From Vicugna vicugna (Eukaryota), in contig MU058423.1 of assembly GCA_013265495.1 (NCBI GenBank), positions 1,067,061 through 1,131,060 of the forward strand: a DNA stretch of 64,000 nucleotides, written 5' to 3'. Below are positions 25,101 to 36,865 of this stretch, piece by piece. Within the stretch, counting starts at the first letter, position 1, and the number at the start of each line of letters is the position of its first letter. The position numbers were made by a program, and so were the translations under genes. The notes below the pieces were generated by a model. That model did no database searches, was not told where the DNA came from, and saw only the letters and a list, made by a program, of their open reading frames with translations.

Positions 25101-27809
25101 GAAATGAAGAATTCTGAGGCCAAGAATATGGACTTCCCTGAGATGACTTCCACGAATCATTTCCAAAGAGGAGTTTTAGTAATTCACCGGTTGGCTCAGC
25201 TGAAGGTAAGTTGAAGTGAGCAGAGGGAGCCTTTTTCAGGAACTTAATGGGGATCAGAAAGTTTGCCTTGATCAAGTCTTGGGTTCTGGTCTTTCTTTAT
25301 AGGGACTGTAATGTTCTCTTTCTCGCTGCCCAGCCTTGCTCTTTTCAGGTCATGGCATGTGCCTGTGCTCTTCTGCAGGATGCGGGGTCGAGGGGCTGGC
25401 TGTGGGAGATGAAACCAAAGGCTGATTCCAGCGCCCACTGCAGACTCAAGTGGAGCGGGACACGGCTGCACACTTAAAAACCCGAAGCAACTTATTTTGT
25501 TTTCCTCTGTTTTTAAGGTAGTCCCCAAACTTCCTGGTTTTGACCTAAAACGAGAACCAAACAGCTTGTGAGCAAATCCAGTCATCCTCATGATCTGTGA
25601 CAGCCTATCTCAGGGGACATTTTATACTTTTTTTTTCCCTTAAAAGATTCTCCTGACAGCCATGCCACAGTAACAGTCCTAGATACATTGGTAGCCCTTG
25701 TCCCGTGCACATGTGGTTTTTCTTTCTGGCTTCTTGTGACAGTTTAAAAGTCTCGGAGAAGGACTGTGGGCTGGCCAGGCAGATCCCCATGAAATCAGAC
25801 CATTAGACATGTTCCAAGGGCTCAGCCTCTTCAACTCCATTTTTACGTAGAAAAGTAGAAAAAGTAGGAGTCACGTCCTAAGCTACCAGGACACATGCCC
25901 TGTGGCTTCCAAGCCACGCTGATCCTGGTGGGGCAGCATCCCCGGATCTCTCAGCAGAGTTGCAGCCTTTGCTGCCCATGCTGTTCATTCCCAGTGCAGC
26001 CTGGAGCCTTAGCCTTGAGCTGGCCATCCAGCTCCACTATTATGCTTCAAGATAAGGTTTTGGGAAAATGATGCTGTCGAAAGAATCCCAACAAACAGAA
26101 CAGTACAAAGAAGTCATTTAAACTATGTCCTGACTCTTGTCACCCAGTTACCTTATGACCAGAAAGGGAATGGCCCTGGAGCAATATCACTGGGTCCCTG
26201 ATTAGCAGCCCTGCAGCAACCAGGACAAAGAATTCCAAGCCCTAGGACTCAGAATTTGTGAACCAAAGATGACAGCGGTCAGATGACTTGTCCAGCCGGG
26301 TTTTACTAGACAGTCCAGTGTTAGCAGTTCCCTAGAGGGCTGCACTTAGCCTGAGTCAGCCAGGGTGTGACAAGCCACAGTGCTGATCTCACCTTTGCAA
26401 GCCAACCAAGTTCCCTGCCCCCTCTGCCCACTCAGCTGCTGTCAGCCACCTCTGCCAACTTGTTCATTTTGTTTCTATTTTTTTCTCTCTCTCTCTCTCC
26501 CCTTCTCTGGGCAGCTACCTCCTCTGCTATTTACCCTCCCCAACACACCCGCTGATCTTCAGAGCTTTGCTGTTAAGTGTGATGACTCATTTGTTACTTA
26601 GGTATTTTGGGTTCGTTGCTCTTCAGCCACTTTACGGAGAAGAACCACACAGAGCCAAAACAGAGAAGAGAGGAAATGGGGGTGTGCAGATGGGAGGGGA
26701 TGGGGCAGAAATCCAAGAGCTGCTCTGGAAAAATTCAGGGGAGGTGCTGTTGTCAAAGCTCAGACTCAGAGAACAAGGCCATTCCAAAAGCAACAATGGG
26801 AAGGAAACAGTGCTTTGATTAAAACTTCATTGAGAGGCCTGGACACACACCCCAGAGACCTCCCACAGGGAGATGGCGTGTTCAGGAATCCAAAAGAATC
26901 GTCATTGCTCTTAGGGAGTATTTATGAGCAACCACACCCAAGCTGTGTTGACTTGGCCAAAGCAAGGTGGAAGGGTGCAGTTACAGGGCAGCCAAGCACC
27001 ACCTACAAAATGCAATCCAAAATATCTGCCCTCAGCTTCAGGCTCCCACTCCCCAGTAACCGTGTGCCTTTGGCTCAACTGTCTCTATCTGCTTAGTGGA
27101 CGATATCTGATGTGGAGTTGCTGCTGTCCTGAGTAGACAGACACTGCTTATGTTGTGAACAATGGGATCATCGTAAGTGATAGGTCAGCCAGAAGATTCA
27201 TGAGTCTATGTTGTTCAGAGGCTTCCAGAAAGTTGTTGTTTTGAAATTAATTTTCCTTAAATTTTCCCCCCAAGAATATGCAGTCCCTGACTCTTCTGCT
27301 TACACTGTAAGCCTGCCTTGTTCTAGTTCCAGTCTCTTTAGTAAGAGTCTCGAATTACTGTTTGTGACATTCGCCATCCGTTTCTAGTTTGGGACTTGCA
27401 AGTTTAGCATGTTGGGAGATATTCATTCCTTTCTAATTATGCATTCTTTAATTCGATAAATATTTCCTAAGTGCCTAATGTGGGAGGCAGCTCTTCAGGT
27501 CCAGAGCTGGGGCACGAGATGGAGCAATTCCAGAAGAGGATTCTGAGCTCTCTCTGAGAGAAAGAAGCTGATGAAAACAGAGGGAGGACTAATTCATGAC
27601 AAATCTCATGATTATTGAATTTGGGCTGTTAGTTCCTTCTTATGCAGCATGGTATGTTAAAAGAGTTGGTTGTACCCAACAGCTGCTACATGCAAACCAT
27701 TTTCCTGGAAACAGTTTAAAATATAAAAAAGGTATATTATGGAAGTCATATATTGGGATGATGGAGCAGAAAGATAAAGGATTTAAATTCTTTGATGGCA
27801 TTATGCCAC

Positions 27810-28520
27810 CATCTTAGCCCAGGTAATAACAAATCAGTATCACATAGTTCACATTCTCTGATCTTACACACACAAAAAAACACCTTACTTTAAAACTTAC
27901 ATTTTAAAAAACTCACTTTAACTTCCATAAATTAGGAAATCTAAAGATACTTCTAAACAACATTAGGAATAAATAATAACTAAGGAATCAAAGAAAAAAT
28001 CTTAACTTTAATCATACAGTACAGAAAGCTAAATAATAAGATATATTTCTAAACTCATGTGATATAGCAAAAGCTGTAGAGAAATTTACAAAAGCTTTAA
28101 AACACTTATTTAGAAAAGAAGAAAAACTAGAAATTAATGAGCCATGTGTCCAACTTAAGACACTTGAAAAAGAAATGACAGCATACAAGGAACAAAGAAG
28201 AAAAGAAATACTATAGAGGAGAAACTAATTAAATTAAAAACAAAGTTACATTAGAAATGACCAAGAAAACAAAAAGCTAGTGTTTTGAAAAGTGTGTGTA
28301 GTAAAATTGACACATTAAGAGAAAATCACTACATAAGAATTTTTTTTAAATAAAAAAATTTTATAAACTTAATGCAACTAAATTTGAAAACTTACATGAA
28401 ATGGCCAGTTTCCTAGAAAAAGGAAACTTACCAAAATTGACTCAAGAAGAAATAGAAAATCTAATTACACAGCTGTAGCTATTTTTAAAAAGCTGAACTG
28501 GTAGTTTACAAACGAAAACA
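27810..28520 (+). mobile_element. Highly diverged old L1 ORF2 fragment
   Basis: A-rich; aaaacttacatgaaatggccagtttcctagaaaaa...ttaccaaaattgactcaagaagaaatagaaaatct. Confidence 0.7.
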
Positions 28521-28527
28521 AAAACAC

Positions 28528-30458
28528 GAATGTATGGGACAAAGCAAAAGCAGTTCTAAGAGGGATGTTTATAGTGATACAAGCTTAAGTTAGGAAACAA
28601 GAAAAATCTCAGATAAACAACTTAACCTTATACCTAAAGGAACTAAAAAAGGAAGAACATACAAAACCTAATGTTAGTAGAAGGAAAGAAATCATAGAGA
28701 TCAGAGCAGAAATAAATGAAATAGAGACTGAAAAAACAACAGAAAAGATTAATGAAACTAAAAGCTGTTTCTCTGGAAAGAAGCAAAATTGATTAACCTT
28801 TAGCCAGAATCATTAAGAAATAAAAGGGAGGGGACCTAAACCAATAAAATCAGAAACGAAAAGTTAAAACTGATAGCACAGAAATACAAAGGATCATAAA
28901 AGACTGTTACAAACAACTATGTGCCAATAAAATGAATAACCTAGAAGAAATGGACAAATTCTTAGAAAAGTACAATCTCCCAGGACTGAACCAGGAAGAA
29001 ATAGAAAATAGTAATAGGCCAATTACCAATAATGATATTAAATCAGTAATTAAAAAACTCCCAACAAGTAAAAGTCCAGGACCAGATGGCTTCACAGGAG
29101 AATTCTACCAAACATTTAGAGAAGAGCTAACACCTATCCTTATGAAACTATTCCAAAAAATAGCAGGGGAAGGAATACTTCTGAACTCATTATGAGGCCA
29201 GCATCACCCTGACACCAAAACCAGACAAACACATCACAAAAAAAGAAAATTACAAGCCAATATCACTAATGAAAATAGATGCAAAAATCCTCAACAAAAT
29301 ATTAGCAAACCAAATATGACAATACATTGATAGAATCATACACTATGACCAAGTGGGATTTATCCCAGAGATGCAAGGATTTTTCAACACCTGCAAATCA
29401 ATCAACATGATACACCACGTTAACAAACTGAAGAATAAAAACCATATGATCATCTTAATAGATGCAGAAAAATCTTTTGATAAAATTCAACATCCATGTA
29501 TGAAAAAATCCTCCAGAAAGTGGGCATAAGGGAGCATATCTCAACATAATAAAGGCCATATTTGACAAACCCATGGCTAATGTCATACTCAATGGTGAAA
29601 AGCTGAAAGCATTTCCTCTAAAATCAGGAACAAGGCAAAGATGCCCACTCATACCACTTTTATTTAATGTAGTATTGGAAGTCCTAGACACAGCAATCAG
29701 AGAAGAAAAAGAAATAAAAAGAACCAAAACTGGAAAAGAAGTATACACAGAAAATCTTAAAGGCACCACCAGAAAACTACTGGACCTTATCAAAGATTTG
29801 GTATAGTTGTAGAATACAAAATTAATATACAGAAATCTGTTGCAAATCTACACACTAACAATGAACTATCAGAAAGAGAAGTTAAGCAAATAATCCCATT
29901 TACCATTCTGTCAAAAAGAATAAAATACCTAGGAATAAACCTACCTAAGGAGGTAAAAGACCTGTACTCAGAAAACTATAAGACATTCATGAAAGAAACT
30001 GAAGATGATACAGACAGATGGGGAAAGATATACTGTGTTCTTGGATTGGAAGTATTAATATTGGTTTAATTACCATACTACCCAAGGCAATCTACAGATT
30101 CAATGCAATCCTTATCAAAATACCAATAGTATTTTTCACAGAACTAGAACAAATAATTTTAAAATTTGTATGCAAACACAAAAGACCCTGAATAGCCAAA
30201 ACAACCTTGAGATAGAGGACAGTGCTGGAAGAATCAGGTTCCCTGACTTCAGACTATACTACAAAGCTACAGTAGCCAAAATAGCTTGGTGCTGGCACAA
30301 AAACACATAGGTCAATGGAACAGAACAGAGAGCCCAGAAATAAACCCACACACTTACAGTCATTTAATCCATGACAAAGGAGGCAAGAATATACAACAGA
30401 AAAAGTCTTTTCAATAAGTGGTGCTGGGAAAACTGGACAGCTACCTGTAAAAGAATGA
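28528..30458 (+). mobile_element. L1 ORF2 fragment (post-endonuclease through RT region), disrupted and 3'-truncated
   Basis: ORF-track peptides [22 protein letters not shown]...[16 protein letters not shown] and [33 protein letters not shown]. Multiple stops, and the FADD motif is deleted. Confidence 0.95.
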
Positions 30459-30789
30459 AGAGTAGAAAAGAGAAAGTATGAAAAAGGAGGAGAGAACGGT
30501 GTCACAAAAACCAAAGGGGAAGAAGTGTCAAGGAGGGAGATTCCATAGTGTTAAGTACTGCAGAGGGGTGAGGTGAGATATGGCTAGGCCACATGGAGGT
30601 CACTGGTGACCTTAGAGAACAGTGTCATTGGTATGGTAAGGATAGTTGTCAGATTGCTGATTGCAGCAGGCGGTCAAGTGAATGCGACATGAAAGTGGAG
30701 ACAACAATAAGTGGACTTTAAAGACTTGACTTTGAGGGAAAGAGAAAGGGCTAGAGCTAGAAGGGACGAGCATGTGTGGAAGAGTAAGG

Positions 30790-31130
30790 CTTTCTTTTTT
30801 TAATTCTTATTTTTTATTAAAATGTAGTCAATTTACAATGTTAGTTTCAGGTGTACAGCAAAATTATTCAGTGATACATGTTCATACATACATACATATA
30901 TGTATTTTCAGGTTTTTTTCCATTACGGCTCATTACAAGAAACGGAATATAGTTCCCTGTACTATACAGTAGGTCCTTGTTGTTTATCTGTTATTTAGAT
31001 AGTATCGTGTATCTGTTAATCCCAAACCCTTAATCTATCCTTCCTCCTACCTTTCCCCACTGGTAACCACAGTTTATTTTCTATGTCCATGAGTCTATTT
31101 CTGGTTTGTAAATAAAATTTGTATCTTTTT
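30790..31130 (-). mobile_element. L1 3' end, inserted in L2-like sequence
   Basis: T-rich tail, then atatagttccctgtactatacagtaggtccttgttgtttatct. Confidence 0.85.
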
Positions 31131-31911
31131 TGTAAAAGTTGTTTTGAAAGAGAGAAGGGATGAAAATATTTGTATGCTGTCAGGAAAGTTAATGAAGAAG
31201 CAGCTCAGAATCAAGGAGATGGAAATGATTAGTAGAGTAAGAGTTTCCTGAGGAGGAGGCAGAGATCAGATGGAGGGATTAACCTGGAACTGGAGAAAAC
31301 GTCACCCCGAAATAGGAGAGAAGAAGGAAAGGATAGAATTAGAGTTTTTAATTTTTTAGGTGCTGGGGAGGGAGCTCAGGGAGTTCCAACCTGATGGCTT
31401 TAATTTTCTCCAAAGATGGAAAGTGAGATGATTTACTGAAAATGAAGGCGTGGAGGGTTTGGGGAAACAAGGAAAAGATGGAAGAGCTGTTGAGAAGGAT
31501 GACAGATTAAATAGAATAGGTGGAATGTTACAGAATGATTGAAATACACGGAACATGAGGAAGAGGGCGGGAGGAGGCTGCTGGAGGAGATAAGGGGGCA
31601 AGCCGCTGGTATTGAGGAGCCTGGGACATGTAAGATCGTGCGACATGAGTCTTCCATGTGGGCATCAGAGTTTCACAGCTTGATGGAGACATAAGAGGTG
31701 CTGGGAAAAAAAAATTAGGAATGTGAACCAGCTGGCAAGTCCTAAGTGAAGACTGGGAGACTCAATTCCAGCCAGCTCTGATGATTCAGAGCAAAAATTA
31801 CTAATTAGTGTAAATGATCACATTTGGTTTGATATTGAAGTTTTTGTTTAGCTAACATTTTTTAACCCCTTGAAGACAGTTGATAACTCTTTCAATGACA
31901 TATTTCAAGCA

Positions 31912-31925
31912 TACACACACACACA

Positions 31926-31964
<39 letters not shown>
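31912..31964. repeat. (CA)n microsatellite abutting the tandem duplication
   Basis: Direct observation. Confidence 0.95.
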
Positions 31965-31968
<4 letters not shown>

Positions 31969-31992
31969 GTATATATAGTTTTTCCCTTATCA

Positions 31993-32068
31993 GAGGCACT
32001 GGGGATTGAACCCAGGACCTTGTGCAAGCCAAGCACACACTCTACCACTGAACTATACAGCTCCCCAT
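31993..32068 (-). mobile_element. tRNA-Ala-derived camelid SINE (vic-1 type), short copy; duplicated at 33209-33284
   Basis: Minus strand: tatagttcagtggtagagtgtgtgcttggcttgcacaaggtcctgggttcaatccccagtgcctc, with A and B boxes. Confidence 0.8.
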
Positions 32069-32299
32069 CCTTCAAGTAAATATATTTTAAGTACAGAGAA
32101 TAATATATTTGGTGGTATTTTGCCACCAAGTAAAAAGCAATCTGAAAGAAGGCAGAGAGGTGACTTCTGAGCATTCCCAATTATCTACTTGTGTGTCTAT
32201 TCATTCCCCCTTTCATTCCCTTTCTTCAACAACCTAAAAATACTTATTGAACACCGTGTGCCAGACCCTCATCACTGAGGTGAAGAACACATATCTCAA

Positions 32300-32965
32300 T
32301 TCATCAGTTTTGAAACGCACATTTCTCACCTCCCCCCAGTGTTTTACTATCTCTGAAATCAATTGGGATACTGCTGACACGGATGTCAGCCAGGCTGCAG
32401 TCATGATGCAGTTGCTATGCTCTGTCCAGGCTCAAACTTAGTCTCAGCTGTTCTGTTGTCATTACTTCAGTTAAGTACAGTGTTGCTAATAACATGTTGA
32501 GCTTGGTTGCTGTTTAAATTACAAAAAAATTATACTATCATTTGGCATTTGTAATGAAAAGTGATTGTATTTGCAGAAGGCATGAAAATAGTGGCACATG
32601 AATCTGACCTCAGTGAAGCAGATATTTACCACTGGAGAAATTACCACAATTCCGTACGTTATTGCAAAAAACAAGAACCAAGTGTTGTCTGGGACCCTTG
32701 AAAGAAAAAATACCCACAAACAAATAAAATTGTGTTACATTTTGTTCCTGATACATACACAAAAGATTGCTGCCAAGCAATGCAATTTAGGGCAGGGAGA
32801 ACTGTGCTGTATTTCAAAGTCATGAGAGGCTGGTGTGACAGATTCCCGGGTCACACAGGGTTATGGTTAAGGCAGGAACTGTGTCATAGTTTAGTTGGCA
32901 GGACTTTTTTTTCCCTTAGTGATACATAAAATAAAGATGTGTCTTAAATTAAATGTGTCTTAGAA
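32300..32965 (+). mobile_element. Ancient TcMar-Tigger/pogo DNA transposon remnant; second copy at ~33516-34181
   Basis: The peptide AMQFRAG...FKVMRGWCDRFPGHTGLWLR resembles the CENP-B-type HTH motif (FKASRGWCDRFMRRxGLSLR) of pogo/Tigger transposases. Confidence 0.65.
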
Positions 32966-35384
32966 CGGATGTCCTAGAAATATCTAAACATTGTCTTCTA
33001 GAGAAACAGAATATCAGACCTATAAGAATGAACTCCTTCCTTTCCAAATGAGGAAACTGAGTCCCCAGAGGTAAGGGGCTGGCTCAGGATTGCACCACAC
33101 AGCTTGTTAGAGGCAGAGGAAATGTATTTACTACAGAGGGTATTACTGAGCCTCTGGCAGAAGGAGCAAGAAAAAATAAAATATGTATATATAGTTTTTC
33201 CCTTATCAGAGGCACTGGGGATTGAACCCAGGACCTTGTGCAAGCCAAGCACACACTCTACCACTGAACTATACAGCTCCCCATCCTTCAAGTAAATATA
33301 TTTTAAGTACAGAGAATAATATATTTGGTGGTATTTTGCCACCAAGTAAAAAGCAATCTGAAAGAAGGCAGAGAGGTGACTTCTGAGCATTCCCAATTAT
33401 CTACTTGTGTGTCTATTCATTCCCCCTTTCATTCCCTTTCTTCAACAACCTAAAAATACTTATTGAACACCGTGTGCCAGACCCTCATCACTGAGGTGAA
33501 GAACACATATCTCAATTCATCAGTTTTGAAACGCACATTTCTCACCTCCCCCCAGTGTTTTACTATCTCTGAAATCAATTGGGATACTGCTGACACGGAT
33601 GTCAGCCAGGCTGCAGTCATGATGCAGTTGCTATGCTCTGTCCAGGCTCAAACTTAGTCTCAGCTGTTCTGTTGTCATTACTTCAGTTAAGTACAGTGTT
33701 GCTAATAACATGTTGAGCTTGGTTGCTGTTTAAATTACAAAAAAATTATACTATCATTTGGCATTTGTAATGAAAAGTGATTGTATTTGCAGAAGGCATG
33801 AAAATAGTGGCACATGAATCTGACCTCAGTGAAGCAGATATTTACCACTGGAGAAATTACCACAATTCCGTACGTTATTGCAAAAAACAAGAACCAAGTG
33901 TTGTCTGGGACCCTTGAAAGAAAAAATACCCACAAACAAATAAAATTGTGTTACATTTTGTTCCTGATACATACACAAAAGATTGCTGCCAAGCAATGCA
34001 ATTTAGGGCAGGGAGAACTGTGCTGTATTTCAAAGTCATGAGAGGCTGGTGTGACAGATTCCCGGGTCACACAGGGTTATGGTTAAGGCAGGAACTGTGT
34101 CATAGTTTAGTTGGCAGGACTTTTTTTTCCCTTAGTGATACATAAAATAAAGATGTGTCTTAAATTAAATGTGTCTTAGAACGGATGTCCTAGAAATATC
34201 TAAACATTGTCTTCTAGAGAAACAGAATATCAGACCTATAAGAATGAACTCCTTCCTTTCCAAATGAGGAAACTGAGTCCCCAGAGGTAAGGGGCTGGCT
34301 CAGGATTGCACCACACAGCTTGTTAGAGGCAGAGGAAATGTATTTACTACAGAGGGTATTACTGAGCCTCTGGCAGAAGGAGCAAGAAAAAATAAAAATT
34401 ATGTAATGGCTTAATGGCCCAGACCTCCATTAAAAACCCTACGATTGCTTTTTTTTTTTTCCTATTGGAAGGATGATAAACAGGTTTCGTAACTACTAAT
34501 CTTTGACAACACGCTTCTGATTTATGCCCATCATCTATATCTCTTTAATCCTCTTAATCACTGGCCTTGCTGGTTTTGCGGTTTAAATATTTCATAGAGC
34601 ATGCAATCTCAGTGTCCCTTTTAATTTGTCTCAAGAGAATTTCAAGACCTATAAGGCAGTTTTAAAATAGATTCAGATAGCAATCTATCATTTGATGTGA
34701 CACAGTTTCTTCAATACATTAAAAAAAACAAGTTGCTTACTGTTAGTCCTCCCCGGGAGCTGGGATAGTTAAGGAAAGCAGGTGTCCAAACTTGAAAGGG
34801 GAGATTCAACCAAGAACAGCGGTGGTACCATCCTGTCCAAATGATGAAACTACCACATGGAAACAGAGTAACTAGAGAGTGAATGCTTCCTTCCTTATCC
34901 TTCTGATCCACGCTATCATAGAAGCCAGCTCTTTGTTTACCTCCCATGGTTCCTAAAATTGGTAAGAAAATAGAATACAGAGTGTGAAAATAAAGATGAA
35001 AGGTATTTAATTTTATAGTTTTGCAGTGGAAAGCTGCAGACTCTTGTGATGAGAATTTCATGGCCAGCAGTAGGAGTACCCTAACTGAATAAGATTCTTA
35101 AAAAATTTGTTCCTTTGTTTTGGTTATAAAGCTGCTACTGTTCTTATTCTTACCAAATAATTGCATTCTGGTCACTAGTCACACTAGTCAGTTATAAATT
35201 ATTCCCTATTTATAAATGAATCACTCTAAAGGCATTAGGAGGATGAAGAGACATTCAGAGAGACCCAATTCCTCTCTTTTCCCCCTCTTTGCATCTCTTT
35301 TTATCCTTAAATGTTTCCAGTGTAGGAGAGGTTTTGCTTTTTTTCATAGTAAAGTCAATCTGTAGTGTATCTTGTTATCCTTCT

Positions 35385-35858
35385 GATCTTTCTTTTTTGT
35401 GAATAAAAACATTATACACTGTAAGCAGCCAATGGCTGGTTATATTTTCAGAAAACAGGATTAGATTAATTCATTACTGGTGGCTTCAAGTTTTCCCTTA
35501 GTAGCTCCAGAAAATTCACCCACCTTTGGTCCCTTTTCAAACAACTGGACGGTTGGCATGCATTTGACTTCACACTCAGAGGCAGCATCCTGACAGTCAT
35601 CCACACCTACATCATCTTCAAGGGACACGGCATTGGGACACTTTTTACTGAGGGAATGAAAAGGAGGCTCGATCAGTTTGCAAGGCCCACACCACGTGGC
35701 TGAGAAGTCAACTACTTCTAGTTTGTCTCCAGTGTGTGGAAGGCTTCCTGAAAAGCATACTGTCTCTCCACCTGCTTCACCATTTTGGCTGTTGAGGTCT
35801 GACAAGTAGCTCTAAGAACTGATGGAAATGGATCCAAAGCACTGGCCCAAGCTTCCCG
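35385..35858 (-). pseudogene. TXN: Full-length processed pseudogene of thioredoxin
   Basis: The 5' UTR gtgctttggatccatttccatc...cagccaaaATG (ATG at 35783) gives [15 protein letters not shown] 1-nt frameshift then leads into [20 protein letters not shown]...[10 protein letters not shown] (TAA at 35463-35461). TXN-like 3' UTR (gttttctgaaaatataaccagccattggct). No introns. Confidence 0.95.
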
Positions 35859-35900
35859 ATCATTTTTCTATGCATTTTTCTCAGTTAACGTATCAGTTGT

Positions 35901-36865
35901 GCAAACAACTCAAGCCAGAAATGGGCAGAAGACCTATACAAACATTTCTCCAATGAAGACACACCAATAGCCAATAGGCACATGAAAAAAATGCTCAGTA
36001 TCGCTAATTATTACAGAAAAGCAAATCAAAGCTACAATGAAATATCACCTCACACCGGTCAGAAAGGCCATCATTAAAAAGTCCACAAATGATAAATGCT
36101 GGAGAATGTATGGAGAAAAAGGCACCCTCTTACACTGTTGCTGGGAATGTAGTTTGGTGCAGCCACTATGGAAAACAGTGTGGAGATTCCTTGAAAACTG
36201 AAAATAGACTTACCATATGATCCAGCATTCCTACTTCTGAACATACATCAGAGGAAACTCTAATTTGAAAAGATACACGCACCCCAATGTTCATAGCAGT
36301 ACTATTTACAATAGCCAAGACTTGGAAGCAACCTAAAAGTCCATAGACATATGACTGGATAAAGAAGTTGTGGTATATTAATACAATGGAATACTACTCA
36401 GCCATAAAAAAGAATAAAATAATTCCATTTGCAGCAACATGGATGGACTTGGAGATCATCATACTAAGTGAAGTAAGACAGAAAGAGAAAGAAAAATACT
36501 GTATGATATCACTTACATGTGGACTCTAAAAAAAAATTTTTAAAAGAACACAGATGAACTTATTTACAAAACAGAAACACACTCACAGACATAGGAAACA
36601 AACACCTACTGGGGGCAGGGTGAGGAAGGGGGTGGGGAGGGATAAATTGAGAGGTTGGGATTTGTAGATACTAACTACCATATATAAAATAGATAAACAG
36701 CAAGGTCCTACTGTATAGTACAGGGAATTATATTCAATACCTTGTAATGGCCTATAAAGAAAAAGAATAGGAAAAGGAATATATATGTATAAATGAATCA
36801 CTATGCTGTACACCAGCAATTCACGGAACATTGTAAATCAACTGTACCTCAAAAACAAAAAAAAT
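35901..36865 (+). mobile_element. 5'-truncated L1 (ORF2 C-terminus and 3' UTR) with A tail
   Basis: aaatgggcagaagacct...cacctcacaccggtcagaa...gggataaattgagaggttggg. Partial TSD atcagttgt on both sides. Confidence 0.92.

Larger units (their letters stand above)
31965..34396. repeat. Direct tandem duplication, two 1,216-bp units (31965-33180 and 33181-34396)
   Basis: Identical ORFs recur at a constant +1216 offset (32247/33463, 32598/33814, 32732/33948). Both units begin atatgtatatatagtttttccc and end gcaagaaaaaataaa. Confidence 0.97.

Noticed and set aside
28932..29806. L1 ORF2 peptides as an active retrotransposon or host gene
   Set aside because: Fragmented by stops and frameshifts, with the RT FADD motif deleted and no ORF1 or promoter.
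35461..35805. Thioredoxin as a functional CDS
   Set aside because: The ORF-track start is TTG, the true ATG is out of frame, the copy is intronless and there are many non-conservative changes. Kept as a pseudogene.
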